Notes: a model not told the origin generated them from the letters alone. Positions 1-10,549 are shown, numbered from the stretch's first letter. The stretch: DNA of 64,000 bases from an uncultured cyanobacterium (GCA_963718615.1 OY970368.1:224001-288000), one strand, 5' to 3'. A program made the numbers and translations.

Positions 1-306
1 TCGATTCCCGATCGCATTGACTTCGATCCCTATCCCTGGCAAAGCTTTGCTAACTGGATTTCGTCACAACTCGTCCGCTGGGATCTACAAGGAGATGGCT
101 TAGCAACTAAGTCTATTTCGGAGAAGGGCTATGACCAAGTTGGTCAAAACATTTTCTTAACCAATCTCGCGCGGGATCTCGCAGAAGAGCTGGGACAACC
201 ATCACCTGATGAAATTTATCGAACAGAAACGTTAAAGTTTGACAGCTTTAATCCAGAAAAACCAGATGACTACGTAAAGGAGCAAATCAATAAATATGGC
301 GTTTAG
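1..306 (+). CDS. cynA: Cyanate ABC transporter substrate-binding protein, 3' part (cut by window edge)
   Basis: Frame 1 reads SIPDRIDFDPYPWQSFANWI... to TAG at 304-306; NrtA/CmpA/CynA-type C-terminus; upstream of permease, ATPase and cyanase. Confidence 0.85.
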   Translation, partial: SIPDRIDFDPYPWQSFANWISSQLVRWDLQGDGLATKSISEKGYDQVGQNIFLTNLARDLAEELGQPSPDEIYRTETLKFDSFNPEKPDDYVKEQINKYGV

Positions 307-380
307 GAATGCCAACAAGCAGACAGAATTTAGATGTAGTACACAGAAAGAGTACAAATTTTGTAACGAGGTTTGAATGT

Positions 381-1217
381 ATGGCATTGGGCAATGTGGC
401 GATCGCATCAATTCCCAAAAAACCAGATCCCTGGTTTAAAAACGAGAGTATTCAATCATTAGGGTTGTTTTTGCTTTCGTTGATTTTGTTACTATTGTTT
501 TGGGAGGTCGGGGCGCGATCGGGGCTATTTTCCAAAGGTATGCCAACCGCATCCAAAACCCTGCAAGAGTTTTGGTGGTGGATCACACATCCTTTTTTCA
601 ATAATGGCCCCAACGATCTAGGGATAGGTTGGAATTTATTAATTAGTCTGAGGCGAGTTGCCATTGGCTATCTTTTTGCTTCCCTCATCGCCATTCCCCT
701 TGGTATCTTCATTGGCATGTCTCCCATCGCTTACCGTGTTTTCAATCCTTATATTCAGTTGCTCAAACCTATATCTCCCCTAGCTTGGTTACCTCTCGGT
801 CTTTACATCCTGAGGGATTCGGAGCAGACTGGAATTTTTATCATTTTGATTTCGAGCATCTGGCCAACACTAATTAACACCGCCTTTGGGGTTGCCAATG
901 TTGACCAAGACTATTTAGATGTTGCAAATACTTTAGGTGCATCACGGCTGCGAACAATTATCAAAGTGATTATTCCGGCGGCATTACCCAGCATTGTTTC
1001 TGGCTTACGCATCAGCATGGGCATTGCTTGGCTCGTGATTGTGGCAGCAGAAATGTTGTTGGGAACAGGACTGGGCTACTTTATTTGGAATGAATGGAAC
1101 AACCTTTATATTCCTAATATCTTGGTCGCAATTTTTATTATTGGTCTGGTTGGCTTACTGCTTGATAGCATTTTTGCTGCCTTAGAAAAATTCGTTGCAT
1201 TTGGTCGAAACTCGTGA
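381..1217 (+). CDS. cynB: Cyanate ABC transporter permease (NrtB/CmpB family)
   Basis: Multiple TM segments, [12 protein letters not shown]-like loop (DVANTLGAS), WLVIVAAEM; start 381 preferred, 309 possible. Confidence 0.88.
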   Translation: MALGNVAIASIPKKPDPWFKNESIQSLGLFLLSLILLLLFWEVGARSGLFSKGMPTASKTLQEFWWWITHPFFNNGPNDLGIGWNLLISLRRVAIGYLFASLIAIPLGIFIGMSPIAYRVFNPYIQLLKPISPLAWLPLGLYILRDSEQTGIFIILISSIWPTLINTAFGVANVDQDYLDVANTLGASRLRTIIKVIIPAALPSIVSGLRISMGIAWLVIVAAEMLLGTGLGYFIWNEWNNLYIPNILVAIFIIGLVGLLLDSIFAALEKFVAFGRNS

Positions 1218-2098
1218 GTTTAGCATCCGTGAACACGATCCCTTCCGTTGAGCCGATTCATTCTACATCGCAGCTCTCCATTCGTCATCTGACAAAGGTT
1301 TTTTCGGGTAAAAGGGGCTTCTTTAATAGACTGACAGGTAAGACAAGTCCTGATTTTACGGCGCTCGAAGACATCAGCCTCGACATCGAACCGAACACCT
1401 TTGTCTCAATCATTGGTCCCTCAGGCTGTGGTAAATCGACCTTACTTAATATGATTGCAGGGCTTTCTTCAATTAGCGATGGTGAAATTCTGCTCAACAG
1501 CCAGCCGATTACTGGACCCGGTTCAGACCGTGGCATGGTGTTTCAAAACTATGCTCTGATGCCCTGGATGACCGTCGAGCAAAATATTCGCTTTGCGATC
1601 GAAACGGTTCACCCCAAAATGCCGTCCCTGCTCATGACCCGCATGATTAAAGAAAACATTCAGCTCGTCGGGTTAGAAGGATCCGAAGCCAAACATCCCC
1701 ACGAACTTTCCGGCGGTATGCGTCAGCGGGTTGGTATTGCCCGTGCTCTGGCTATCAATCCTCAGATTTTGTTAATGGATGAGCCATTTGGCGCATTAGA
1801 TGCACTCACACGCGGCTTTCTCCAAGATGAGATTGAGCGGATTTGGGAACAGCATCGCAAGACCGTAATTATGATTACTCACAGCATTGAGGAGGCGCTT
1901 TTGTTATCGGATCGCATTGTCATGATGACGCGCGGCCCTGCGGCCAGAATCGATCAGATTCTCGATATCCCTTTCCCTCGGCCACGTGACCGTGAAACCA
2001 TTCAGAAAAACCCTGATTATCACAGTCTAAAAGCCGAAATGGAAAGTCATTTGTTTCGTGAAACTCGAGCCGTTGAAGCTGCCCGTATCCGCAAGTAG
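1214..2098 (+). CDS. cynD: Cyanate ABC transporter ATPase (NrtD/CmpD family)
   Basis: [27 protein letters not shown]; 4-bp overlap with cynB. Confidence 0.88.
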   Translation: MSLASVNTIPSVEPIHSTSQLSIRHLTKVFSGKRGFFNRLTGKTSPDFTALEDISLDIEPNTFVSIIGPSGCGKSTLLNMIAGLSSISDGEILLNSQPITGPGSDRGMVFQNYALMPWMTVEQNIRFAIETVHPKMPSLLMTRMIKENIQLVGLEGSEAKHPHELSGGMRQRVGIARALAINPQILLMDEPFGALDALTRGFLQDEIERIWEQHRKTVIMITHSIEEALLLSDRIVMMTRGPAARIDQILDIPFPRPRDRETIQKNPDYHSLKAEMESHLFRETRAVEAARIRK

Positions 2099-2206
2099 TT
2101 GCGCCGTTTTTCAAAAAAGGCGAATGTACTGGTTGCGATCTCACTCTTCAAACGCAAACCATTAGTCTTGCCTTAATTCACTTCTGTCCTAATTCACTAT
2201 TCAACC

Positions 2207-2650
2207 ATGGCTATTTCAGAAATTACCGAACAACTCCTTGCTGCCAAGAAAGAAGCAGGTCTCAGTTTTGCTGATTTAGAAGCCAAATTGGGCTTTGATG
2301 AGGTTTGGATCGCTTCAGTGTTCTATCGACAGGCAAGTGCATCCAAAACGGAGGCAACCCAAATAGTTGAGGCCATCTGTGCACCTCCAGCACTGATTGA
2401 AGCACTCACGGAATATCCGCTCAAAGGATCTCTAGAGCCCGTCATTCCGACTGATCCTCTGATTTATCGACTCTACGAAATTATGCAGGTTTATGGAATG
2501 CCGCTTAAGGCAGTCGTTCATGAAAAGTTTGGTGATGGCATTATGAGCGCAATTGACTTCACGTTGGATGTAGAAAAAGAAGAAGATCCTAAAGGCGATC
2601 GCGTCAAAATTATCATGTGCGGTAAGTTCTTACCCTACAAGAAATGGTAA
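2207..2650 (+). CDS. cynS: Cyanase (cyanate hydratase)
   Basis: [30 protein letters not shown] motifs. Confidence 0.97.
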   Translation: MAISEITEQLLAAKKEAGLSFADLEAKLGFDEVWIASVFYRQASASKTEATQIVEAICAPPALIEALTEYPLKGSLEPVIPTDPLIYRLYEIMQVYGMPLKAVVHEKFGDGIMSAIDFTLDVEKEEDPKGDRVKIIMCGKFLPYKKW

Positions 2651-2893
2651 GACTAGCTCACTGACAAATCGCTTAAAACCTGAGTTCTAAAACTCAAAAC
2701 TCTCTCCTTCAAAACTATTCTTTATAGACCTAAACCTTACCCACAAACCTGAAAAAGCCTTTGACTTCTAGGAAAGGAGACAAATCAAAAGTTTGTCAAA
2801 GTTCCTACAGATCGCCTTCAGGCGAGCATGGCTCAGCGTTGTGAGGCCCATGGGATTGAGTTTACAAGGTCCCCGTATTCGCGAATACTGACT

Positions 2894-4132
2894 TCATCTG
2901 TTGCCGTCTTCATTACACCTTCTATTCTGTAACCCCAAGGAGCATCCCCAAACCCGAATCCCCCAAACCAAACCACCTGCACCCATCAATAGGCCCGTGG
3001 CGATCGCACTCCCCTGTTCTTGCCCTAGCAACCAATAGCGACTGTCTAGCAATAGCGTATGGGCGATCGCCAATCCCAACGCCGGAACCGTCAATAAATG
3101 AATCCTGCGCCAAACATTACCCCAGCCTTTTTGGAATCGATCAAAACTGGTGAGCGCAGCGGGGGTGAGGAGCGCGATCGCGCCAAGCCCCAAGGCCACC
3201 CCTAAGCGATGCTGGGGAATTAAAAACTGAACGGTTCGAAAATTCCAGCCCCAATTGAGCGAAAAAATCTGTAGGATATGCAACAGAGCCAATAGGAATG
3301 AGCCCACGCCTAAGCCGCGCCGATAGCGCAGCAATCCCGCGAGTTGTCCTTCTTTCGCCCAATGCTGCACCGGTCGGGCAATCAAGGCCAAGACCAGCAA
3401 CCCGAGCGAACCATAGGCGCTAAACGCCCCACCGTGGCTGTCCCCTGTGCGCAAGAGCAGCGAGAGACCCACCGCCAGGGTTACCCAGCCCCCCAGGCGA
3501 AACAGTTGGCTGCGCTGATCCTGGCTCCAGCGGCTAACGACCCAGCCCATGCCCAAGAGCGTTGGCGTTGTCCCGAGACCAAAGGCCAGCATCAGTAAGG
3601 CCCCCGTCAAAACCTGCCCTGTTTCCGCTGCCCGAATTTGGGCGGTATATAAAAAACCGCAGGGAATCAGCCCCCAGCACAGCCCCAAAAGCAGCGGCGT
3701 CCACCAGCGATTAACCAGGGAAAGTTGCACCATCATCTTGCTGAGGCGGTTGTGTTGCTGTTCGCCTAGTCCGAAGAAGGGAAGACGAGGCAAAAGACCT
3801 GGGGCAATGTAGCCGAGGCTGAGCCAGATCAGGAGAAGACCCGTGGCGATCGCCATCCCCCGTCGCAATTCACTCCCCAAACCCGCCAACTGTCCCCCCG
3901 CCACCAGCAAACCGCCCACGGCACCCAGCCCAGCCCCCACCCAGCCATAGCTCAAAATCCGCCCTAAATTGAGCAGCAGATGAAACCCGAGGGATTGCCC
4001 CCCAGCCTCTGGCCCGAGCTTGGACCCCGAACTCAGCCCCAAGGCAACGGTCACCGGACCACACATCGTGGCACAGTGACCGAAACTACCCAGAAAACCC
4101 AGGCTAAACAGGAGTAACGTATCCAGAATCAT
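2894..4132 (-). CDS. Membrane protein: DsbD_2/TauE-like domain fused to a ferric-reductase/MsrQ-like TM domain
   Basis: N-terminal GHCATMCG and GLIPCG; C-terminal RRGLG..LH, ALTSFD, WRRIH..AH heme-ligand pattern; start at MILDTLL. Confidence 0.7.
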   Translation of the reverse strand: MILDTLLLFSLGFLGSFGHCATMCGPVTVALGLSSGSKLGPEAGGQSLGFHLLLNLGRILSYGWVGAGLGAVGGLLVAGGQLAGLGSELRRGMAIATGLLLIWLSLGYIAPGLLPRLPFFGLGEQQHNRLSKMMVQLSLVNRWWTPLLLGLCWGLIPCGFLYTAQIRAAETGQVLTGALLMLAFGLGTTPTLLGMGWVVSRWSQDQRSQLFRLGGWVTLAVGLSLLLRTGDSHGGAFSAYGSLGLLVLALIARPVQHWAKEGQLAGLLRYRRGLGVGSFLLALLHILQIFSLNWGWNFRTVQFLIPQHRLGVALGLGAIALLTPAALTSFDRFQKGWGNVWRRIHLLTVPALGLAIAHTLLLDSRYWLLGQEQGSAIATGLLMGAGGLVWGIRVWGCSLGLQNRRCNEDGNR

Positions 4133-4142
4133 AGGGGCCAGC

Positions 4143-4649
4143 CTAGGAAGCCGCAGGCACGACAACCTTTACCCTAGCGTCAATCGGTTTTCCATTGTGC
4201 GTTAGGACCTCGTGGCCGTTGGCATTCAGCTCCACGCGAACTTCATGCTCCCCCGCTGGTAAATCGGGGATGTAGTACCAAGGGCCATAGAGCCGGGTGA
4301 CTTTTTCGCCATCGATATACAAATGGGCATGGCCTTCGGTGGTGAGACTGGTTTGGTTAACCCGCTCGGGGGCGAACTCAAAGGCGGTCACCGCTGCCTG
4401 GAGATTCCAGCCCCGCATAGCATCGGGGGTTACCGTCAGCGTTAGCGTCGGCACAGGCTGTTCAGCCGGAATCGCCAACATTTTATGGGGGTTCGGGTGG
4501 GCCATATGGTCGTCCGACTCGGGCATCGTGCCATGGGGCATGTCGCCAGAATGCATGCCTTCCGACTGAGCCGGAGGAGTACAGCTCGCGATCGCCACCC
4601 CCATCCCCAGAACAATCCCCAGGAACGGGGCCAGTTGAGTTCGCTTCAT
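4143..4649 (-). CDS. Exported His/Met-rich putative metal (Cu)-binding lipoprotein
   Basis: Signal/lipobox-like IASC, MHSGDMPHGTM..HMAHPNPH, EGHAHLYIDG, NGH. Confidence 0.6.
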   Translation of the reverse strand: MKRTQLAPFLGIVLGMGVAIASCTPPAQSEGMHSGDMPHGTMPESDDHMAHPNPHKMLAIPAEQPVPTLTLTVTPDAMRGWNLQAAVTAFEFAPERVNQTSLTTEGHAHLYIDGEKVTRLYGPWYYIPDLPAGEHEVRVELNANGHEVLTHNGKPIDARVKVVVPAAS

Positions 4650-4693
4650 GGTATTTGATGGGTTTAACTTCGATTCTGACCAACCCGCGACTC

Positions 4694-5035
4694 TTACCAA
4701 CCGGCTTCGGCTTGGGCCAGGACGTAAGCTGCGACGTTTTCCATATCGTCGGGACTCAATTTACCTTGGAACATGGGCATGGCATTCTTGCCCTTGGTCA
4801 CCTGGGCCACAATGGCTTCCGAAGACAACATGCCATTGGCCTCTAGATCTGCCTTTTTCAGCGTCTTTGCGGCATTCACCACGTTACCGCCGCCCATGTG
4901 GCAAGCGGCACAGTTGGCGCTAAAAACTCTGCCGCCAGCGGCTGCATCGGCGGCGAAGGCGGGTTGACCTGCACTGAAGACCAGGCCGATTGTTAAGGTG
5001 AGAACGAGGGCGATCGCGCTCCAAAACCGTTTCAT
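4694..5035 (-). CDS. petJ: Cytochrome c6
   Basis: Signal peptide ending AFA, CAACH heme motif, GKNAMP axial Met, ends AEAGW. Confidence 0.96.
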   Translation of the reverse strand: MKRFWSAIALVLTLTIGLVFSAGQPAFAADAAAGGRVFSANCAACHMGGGNVVNAAKTLKKADLEANGMLSSEAIVAQVTKGKNAMPMFQGKLSPDDMENVAAYVLAQAEAGW

Positions 5036-5121
5036 AATCAATCTTCTCTCCAAGATTTTTGAATCGCAGTCCATTCGGCTCAGCCCCTGGATGGATGGCC
5101 TAGTCGAGACAGACTGATTTA

Positions 5122-5132
5122 GACAGACTGTC
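5122..5132. promoter_or_regulatory. Palindrome GACAGACTGTC upstream of petJ, candidate PetR (copper) operator
   Basis: GAC-N5-GTC palindrome 87-97 bp upstream of the petJ ATG; imperfect copy at 5108-5118; fits the KAC-N5-GTM PetR motif as recalled. Confidence 0.55.
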
Positions 5133-5214
5133 CTAGCAAACCGACAAACCTCAAACTCTGTCAAAAGACGATCGGTCAAACTTGTAACAAATCCCCATAC
5201 TCTTCTCCCTGTCG

Positions 5215-5721
5215 ATGGTTTACCGAATTCCCCCCCCCGCCCTTGATAACCCCATTTATCTAGAACATCGCCGCTGGATGATTCGGGCCTTGGAATTGGC
5301 AGAAGAGGCGGGGGACGCGGGGGAAGTGCCGGTGGGGGCGGTGATTGTGGGGGAAGAGGGGGAGGCGATCGCCGAGGGAGAAAACCGCCGGGAGCGAGAC
5401 CATGACCCCACGGCCCATGCGGAGGTCGTGGCTTTGCGTCGGGCTGGTGTGGCGCAGCAAAACTGGTATCTCCAGGGCTGTCGGCTCTACGTGACGCTGG
5501 AGCCCTGTCCCATGTGTGCGGGGGCGATCGTCCAGGCCCGCATCAAAACCTTGATCTACGCCGCCGCTGATCCCAAAGCCGGAGCAGTCCGCAGCGTGTT
5601 GAACTTGCCCGATAGTGCGGCCTCGTTGCATCGATTAACGGTGATTGACGGCATTCTGGCGGCTCCGGCCCGTGAACAGCTCCAAGCTTGGTTTGCCCAG
5701 CGGCGACGGCAAAGTCGTTAA
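5215..5721 (+). CDS. tadA: tRNA adenosine(34) deaminase
   Basis: GEVPVGAV, AHAE, TLEPCPMCAGA. Confidence 0.95.
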   Translation: MVYRIPPPALDNPIYLEHRRWMIRALELAEEAGDAGEVPVGAVIVGEEGEAIAEGENRRERDHDPTAHAEVVALRRAGVAQQNWYLQGCRLYVTLEPCPMCAGAIVQARIKTLIYAAADPKAGAVRSVLNLPDSAASLHRLTVIDGILAAPAREQLQAWFAQRRRQSR

Positions 5722-5898
5722 TCAGAATTGGATGGCATTGTCGGACCAAAATTAGGCCAACCCCAAGGGTTTCCGGATGGCTGCGGTGGGCGATCGCAAA
5801 TTGAAACAGTAAGCTAAGGGCATCTACCCAGAACATCCACCCAGAACATCCACGCTCGTATTCCCGTTCCACCGTCTCCACCCCTCTAGGCCACCGCC

Positions 5899-7149
5899 AT
5901 GGCAAATCTCAATATCGCCCTCTCTCCCTACTGGAAAGCCCGGTTCCGTCCCCTCATGAAACCAGCGTTCTGGGCCTCGGCGGGGATTTTTGGCCTTTCC
6001 ATGATTGTGCTCGTGAAAATGTTCCTCCAGCCGGAGCAACTACTAGGCAAGGCAGACGATCAGCGGAATGTCGCGGTGAATCAACAGGCCGATCAACAGC
6101 TCTCTCCCGAAAATCGCGCCGCCGCTGCCGATGTGGATGATCTATCCGTATTACTCAAAGAGCTAGATAAAAACAACACCATTGACGGTTCAGAAGTCAC
6201 GATTACGACCCAAGGCAGCCCCGGTAGTAAATCCTCCTCAGGAAAATCATCCGCCAACATGCCCCAAGCCTCTGCGGCAGGCCAACTGCCGCAGCTGGAA
6301 GTCCCGGATATTCGCTACGGTCAATTTGAAAGCTTGCCACTGCTCAACCTCAATCCAGCCGGGAGCCAGACGGTCAGTATTGGCTCTGGGAGTGGCGGAT
6401 TTCTGGGTCTCAATCCCCTAGGCAATGGCGGTTCCATGACACTACCCGCCGCTTCGAATAATAATCAAAATGGAACAGCCCAAGCTCCATCAGCCCTTCA
6501 ATCAGCCCTCGATCGCTATGCCCCCCAGGCAGCGGGACTGAGTTCCACAGCGACCGAGTCCAGTACAAATTCCGGTTCTCTCAGTCCTACTTCTTTAAGT
6601 CCTGGCTCTCTCAGTCCTAGCACCCTGAGCCCTACCACCCTCAGCGGCATGAATTCTTCTGTCAATTCCGCGACAGCCATCAGCGGAACCACCCTACCCA
6701 CAACGCTCAATACCAGCTCCACCCCTCTCTACTCCACCACAATTACCAATCCGACGGTGTTGCCCAGTTCCTCGCCACGCGCAACAGTTCCGACCGACAA
6801 CGCCTTTACCCAACTCCTTAATCCACAGATTTCTTCGCCCACGGTGAATCCCACCACCGGGCAAACCTTTACCCCCATAAATTCCTCGATTACGCCCGTG
6901 AATCCCCAAAGTTTCACCCCGACACAATCCGTTTCCCCTTCGACCTACAATCCCTATAGCACCACCAACACCCAAACAATTTACTCCACAACGATTGATC
7001 CCAGTGCGCCCGTCTTTCCCCCAGCCCCTGGGACACCGGTCTATCAACCTCAAACGACGACAACTGGCTCATCCGGCTATTTTGTCCCTAGCAACGTTCC
7101 AGGGCAAACCGTTGGCAACGGGCAAATTCGGACCTTTGCCAATCCCTAG
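5899..7149 (+). CDS. Membrane-anchored Ser/Thr/Pro-rich hypothetical protein
   Basis: One N-terminal TM helix, ADVDDLSVLL motif, long low-complexity tail ending TFANP. Confidence 0.7.
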   Translation: MANLNIALSPYWKARFRPLMKPAFWASAGIFGLSMIVLVKMFLQPEQLLGKADDQRNVAVNQQADQQLSPENRAAAADVDDLSVLLKELDKNNTIDGSEVTITTQGSPGSKSSSGKSSANMPQASAAGQLPQLEVPDIRYGQFESLPLLNLNPAGSQTVSIGSGSGGFLGLNPLGNGGSMTLPAASNNNQNGTAQAPSALQSALDRYAPQAAGLSSTATESSTNSGSLSPTSLSPGSLSPSTLSPTTLSGMNSSVNSATAISGTTLPTTLNTSSTPLYSTTITNPTVLPSSSPRATVPTDNAFTQLLNPQISSPTVNPTTGQTFTPINSSITPVNPQSFTPTQSVSPSTYNPYSTTNTQTIYSTTIDPSAPVFPPAPGTPVYQPQTTTTGSSGYFVPSNVPGQTVGNGQIRTFANP

Positions 7150-7157
7150 AAATTCAG

Positions 7158-7583
7158 TTAGAGCAACGGCTTGAGCTTCCGAATTAGCGAAGCTCGGCCT
7201 AGAAATTGGGCTTGCTCCCCTTCAACCTGAACATATAACCGGCCAGCAAACCAACTCCCACGACCGCTGCGGCGATAGATCCTGACGTTCGCCTCTTCCT
7301 CCTCCTCCGACTCAGGTAACCGCTCAACGTTGAGTTCCGCCAGAATTTGCTCCAGCCGATTCCAAAAGCTTTTTTGGCCTTGAATCGGGAGCTCCCACGT
7401 CAGACTGCGATTAAAGTAAGTGCCCAGGATCCCCGCCAACCCACCCAAGACTGTGCCAATCTGTACCGCGATCGGGCTAGTCGGTGAGGTTTCGAGGGCT
7501 TGACTGGCAGTCACGCTGCCAATCAGCGTAGTCATGACAAAGTAGTACAGAAAGGTGGTCCATAGACCAGGGCCAGCATTCAT
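7158..7583 (-). CDS. Hypothetical membrane protein
   Basis: 141-aa ORF with two N-terminal hydrophobic segments. Confidence 0.65.
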   Translation of the reverse strand: MNAGPGLWTTFLYYFVMTTLIGSVTASQALETSPTSPIAVQIGTVLGGLAGILGTYFNRSLTWELPIQGQKSFWNRLEQILAELNVERLPESEEEEEANVRIYRRSGRGSWFAGRLYVQVEGEQAQFLGRASLIRKLKPLL

Positions 7584-7698
7584 GGCAGCAGCGCCGAAAA
7601 CATCACCCTTAGCCTATCAAGTATAGGAAGCCCTGTAGCGATCGGCTTTCCTTTGACCTGAGGGTGTGCTTTCCCTGTCCAGGTTATGATGCCTGGGA

Positions 7699-7905
7699 TT
7701 ACTGGGCTGTTGAATGTTGCCACATTTCACGAGATTCCTGGCGAATCTGCCCAGCAGCGGCGGCGAGCTGTAGCTGAGTAAAGGCGCTCAACTCATCGGC
7801 ATCGTTTTTAAGCTTGAGCAATTGACGCAACTGATCCTCGGCATCCACCGTCAAATAGCCTGTCACCATAGCCTGTCTCACAATGTCACAAATTTTTGCC
7901 ATCAC
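7699..7905 (-). CDS. Small conserved cyanobacterial hypothetical protein
   Basis: V.QA..TGYLT.EAE.QLRQLL...AF..LQ.A...G.I.QESRE pattern recognised from cyanobacterial small proteins. Confidence 0.7.
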   Translation of the reverse strand: MMAKICDIVRQAMVTGYLTVDAEDQLRQLLKLKNDADELSAFTQLQLAAAAGQIRQESREMWQHSTAQ

Positions 7906-8811
7906 ACTTCTACTCCCTAATCAAAGCTAAAACAGCACTCAACGCTAAAACAGCCACAAAAGCAACGCAATTCAAACAAGAAACAGCACAGGAGGCTTGC
8001 CAGGTTAATTCATCACTCCCTAGAAAATCTTTGAGGGCTCTACTATTTTCTAGGGGATCTCAATCGGTATAAAGAGACTTTCAAGAGTAAAAATTAAGAG
8101 AGTTCCAGGGAACTTTCTGTATCACAGGTTTCCGGACAACCCCCAATACAGTCATCCACCACGTATCTCCCCTTCCCTGAGTTTTGATTCATCCAAGTCT
8201 TTTTTTTTACACCGAGGTTAAACCAACGAAATCATCGAACTTAACAATGTTTTTATAGTTTTCATTATCTCATCTCAACCCTCCCTTAGACTGTTAAACA
8301 GAAGACATCATCTATCTTCCGGTAGAATCTCAATTCTGTACCCTTCTCCATGGGCGATCGCTAGGAACCCATATCGCACATATAGGCCAAGAAAGCGGGA
8401 AAAGAATTGAGCTTTGCATGCCTCTAGACGAGATTAAGCTCCAGTTGTCGGATTAAGCACTTGTCGAAAAGATACCGGAAATAGAAAGAACAACCAAGAC
8501 CCTGAACGAGGAATTGAGCTGGAGACACGAATTTCGTATTAATTGGAAATATCTGTACTCACGTAAAATTACCGCCTTTTTAGGGGACTTCCGCCAGCAT
8601 CAAATGGCTGAATTTATGTGGAATCTGAGTTCTCCTCATTTCATGCAAAGTCTCCAGTTATTTTGACGAGGATTGACTACTTAGCGTAATTTTTCGCTAC
8701 AGCAACTCAGTGGAGAAAAACTCGACAAAGATAGCAAGTGACCACCCTGAAAGGCTTGGAGATTTAGCATAAAATCCCTTATCTAAGGAACCACAGTTAC
8801 TTCCAATACAT

Positions 8812-8827
8812 TGTGATTTGAGTCACA
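8812..8827. promoter_or_regulatory. CRP/SyCRP1-type box TGTGA-N6-TCACA
   Basis: Perfect consensus TGTGAtttgagTCACA in the divergent intergenic region. Confidence 0.65.
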
Positions 8828-8966
8828 GGCTTTTTCCTCAACAGTTTTTCCTCAACAGCCAGATTAGCTTCCCCCTGTGCCCTGTGCCCTGCGCGCCCGT
8901 CCGCAGCAGAACCCGTATAAGATCCAGGCAGGACATCTCCACCGATTCTATGCTCCGCTGGTTCTT

Positions 8967-9899
8967 ATGACTTTACCCCTGCCGTTAATTCCCGCCCCAC
9001 CTGAGGGGTTCCGTGCTGGTTTTGTTGGGTTGATTGGGCGGCCCAATGTGGGCAAGTCCACGCTGATGAATCGGCTGGTGGGTCAGAAGGTCGCGATCAC
9101 TTCGCCTGTGGCCCAAACGACCCGGAACCGGCTCCAGGGGATTTTGACGACGGATCAGGCTCAGTTCATTTTTGTCGATACGCCAGGGATTCATAAACCT
9201 CATCATGAGCTGGGTAAGGTTTTGGTGAAAAATGCGCGGGCGGCGATCGAGGCGGTGGATGTGGTGCTGTTTATGGTGGATGGGTCGGTGCCGATGGGGG
9301 GGGGCGATCGCTTCATTGCCGATCTCCTCACCAAGGCTCAGATCCCCGCCCTACTGGGCCTCAATAAACTGGACCAGCAACCGGAGGATAAGGCAGAAGC
9401 CATCGACCAGTCCTATCAAGATCTGGCAACGGCTCAAAACTGGCCCCTGCTGAAGTTTTCGGCGCTGGAGGGCGATGGCTGTGAGGCCCTCCTGGCAACG
9501 CTGTACGATCGCCTTGATCCCGGCCCCTATTACTATCCCCCTGATTTAGTCACGGACCAGCCGGAGCGGTTTATTATGGGCGAGCTGATTCGGGAGCAGG
9601 TGCTGATGCTAACGCGGGAGGAGGTGCCCCATTCTGTGGCAGTGGTGATCGACCGGGTGGATGAGGACGAGACGATTACGCGGGTCCTGGCGACGATTCA
9701 TGTGGAGCGGTCATCCCAGAAGGGAATTTTGATTGGCAAACGGGGCAGCATGCTGAAGGAAATTGGCACGGAGGCGCGCCAGCAGATGCAAAAGCTCATT
9801 GCGGGAAAGGTCTACCTGGAGCTATTTGTCAAAGTTCAGCCCAAATGGCGACAGTCCCGGTTGCAGTTAGAGGAATTAGGCTATCAGGTGGAGGCTTAG
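8967..9899 (+). CDS. era: GTPase Era
   Basis: GRPNVGKS, QTTR, DTPG, NKLD, KH-domain REEVPHS..IGKRG. Confidence 0.97.
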   Translation: MTLPLPLIPAPPEGFRAGFVGLIGRPNVGKSTLMNRLVGQKVAITSPVAQTTRNRLQGILTTDQAQFIFVDTPGIHKPHHELGKVLVKNARAAIEAVDVVLFMVDGSVPMGGGDRFIADLLTKAQIPALLGLNKLDQQPEDKAEAIDQSYQDLATAQNWPLLKFSALEGDGCEALLATLYDRLDPGPYYYPPDLVTDQPERFIMGELIREQVLMLTREEVPHSVAVVIDRVDEDETITRVLATIHVERSSQKGILIGKRGSMLKEIGTEARQQMQKLIAGKVYLELFVKVQPKWRQSRLQLEELGYQVEA

Positions 9900-10015
9900 A
9901 CAGAGGCTTCACTTCCATTAGAGGCGTTGAACTTGGCCCCTTGGGGTGCGACACTCTTAGGAAGCCATTTTGGACCCGTTAGTTTACCTGTACGCCCTTT
10001 GTAAACCCTTGGCCT

Positions 10016-10549
10016 ATGAACATTCTGGAATTTTTTGACCAAAGCGTCGGTAAGTGGTTCTCCCAGCGCACCAGCTATCAGCTCGCGCAGAAAAATCAGT
10101 GGCATCAGTCGGACAAGACCGATGTGTTCATCGAGGCCCTGGGGCAAGGGGTGTCGGAATTAGAGCGGCTTTGTCTGCTCAGCAAGCTTGATCCGGCCCA
10201 GGCCCTTGGGGGGCTGAAGGTGGAGTGGAAGCAGACGCTGTTGCAAAAGGCGGGATCGTCCTATGTGGTGGCGATCGCCCCTTCTCCCAACGATGCCGAA
10301 GGCCTCCTCCTCCGTAGCACCCTTGGCCCTGGCCAGTCGCCGGTTTTGGGTCGGTATATCGTGAATCCTGACGATAGCCTCACCCTGATCTCCGAGAAGG
10401 ATGATCTCTACGTCGAGGAACGGCTTTGGTTTGCTTCTCCTAACCTACGGCTGCGCACGAGCCTGATGCGCCACGGGGCAGATGGCTTTGAGAACAGCTC
10501 GTTCTATTCGGAAATTCGGATGATTCCCCCTCCTGAGAAGGCGGCGTAG
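10016..10549 (+). CDS. Phycobiliprotein lyase, CpcS/CpcU (CpeS) family, CpcU-like
   Basis: EFF..S.GKW.SQRT, EERLWFASPNLRLRTS, SFYSEIR. Confidence 0.85.
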   Translation: MNILEFFDQSVGKWFSQRTSYQLAQKNQWHQSDKTDVFIEALGQGVSELERLCLLSKLDPAQALGGLKVEWKQTLLQKAGSSYVVAIAPSPNDAEGLLLRSTLGPGQSPVLGRYIVNPDDSLTLISEKDDLYVEERLWFASPNLRLRTSLMRHGADGFENSSFYSEIRMIPPPEKAA

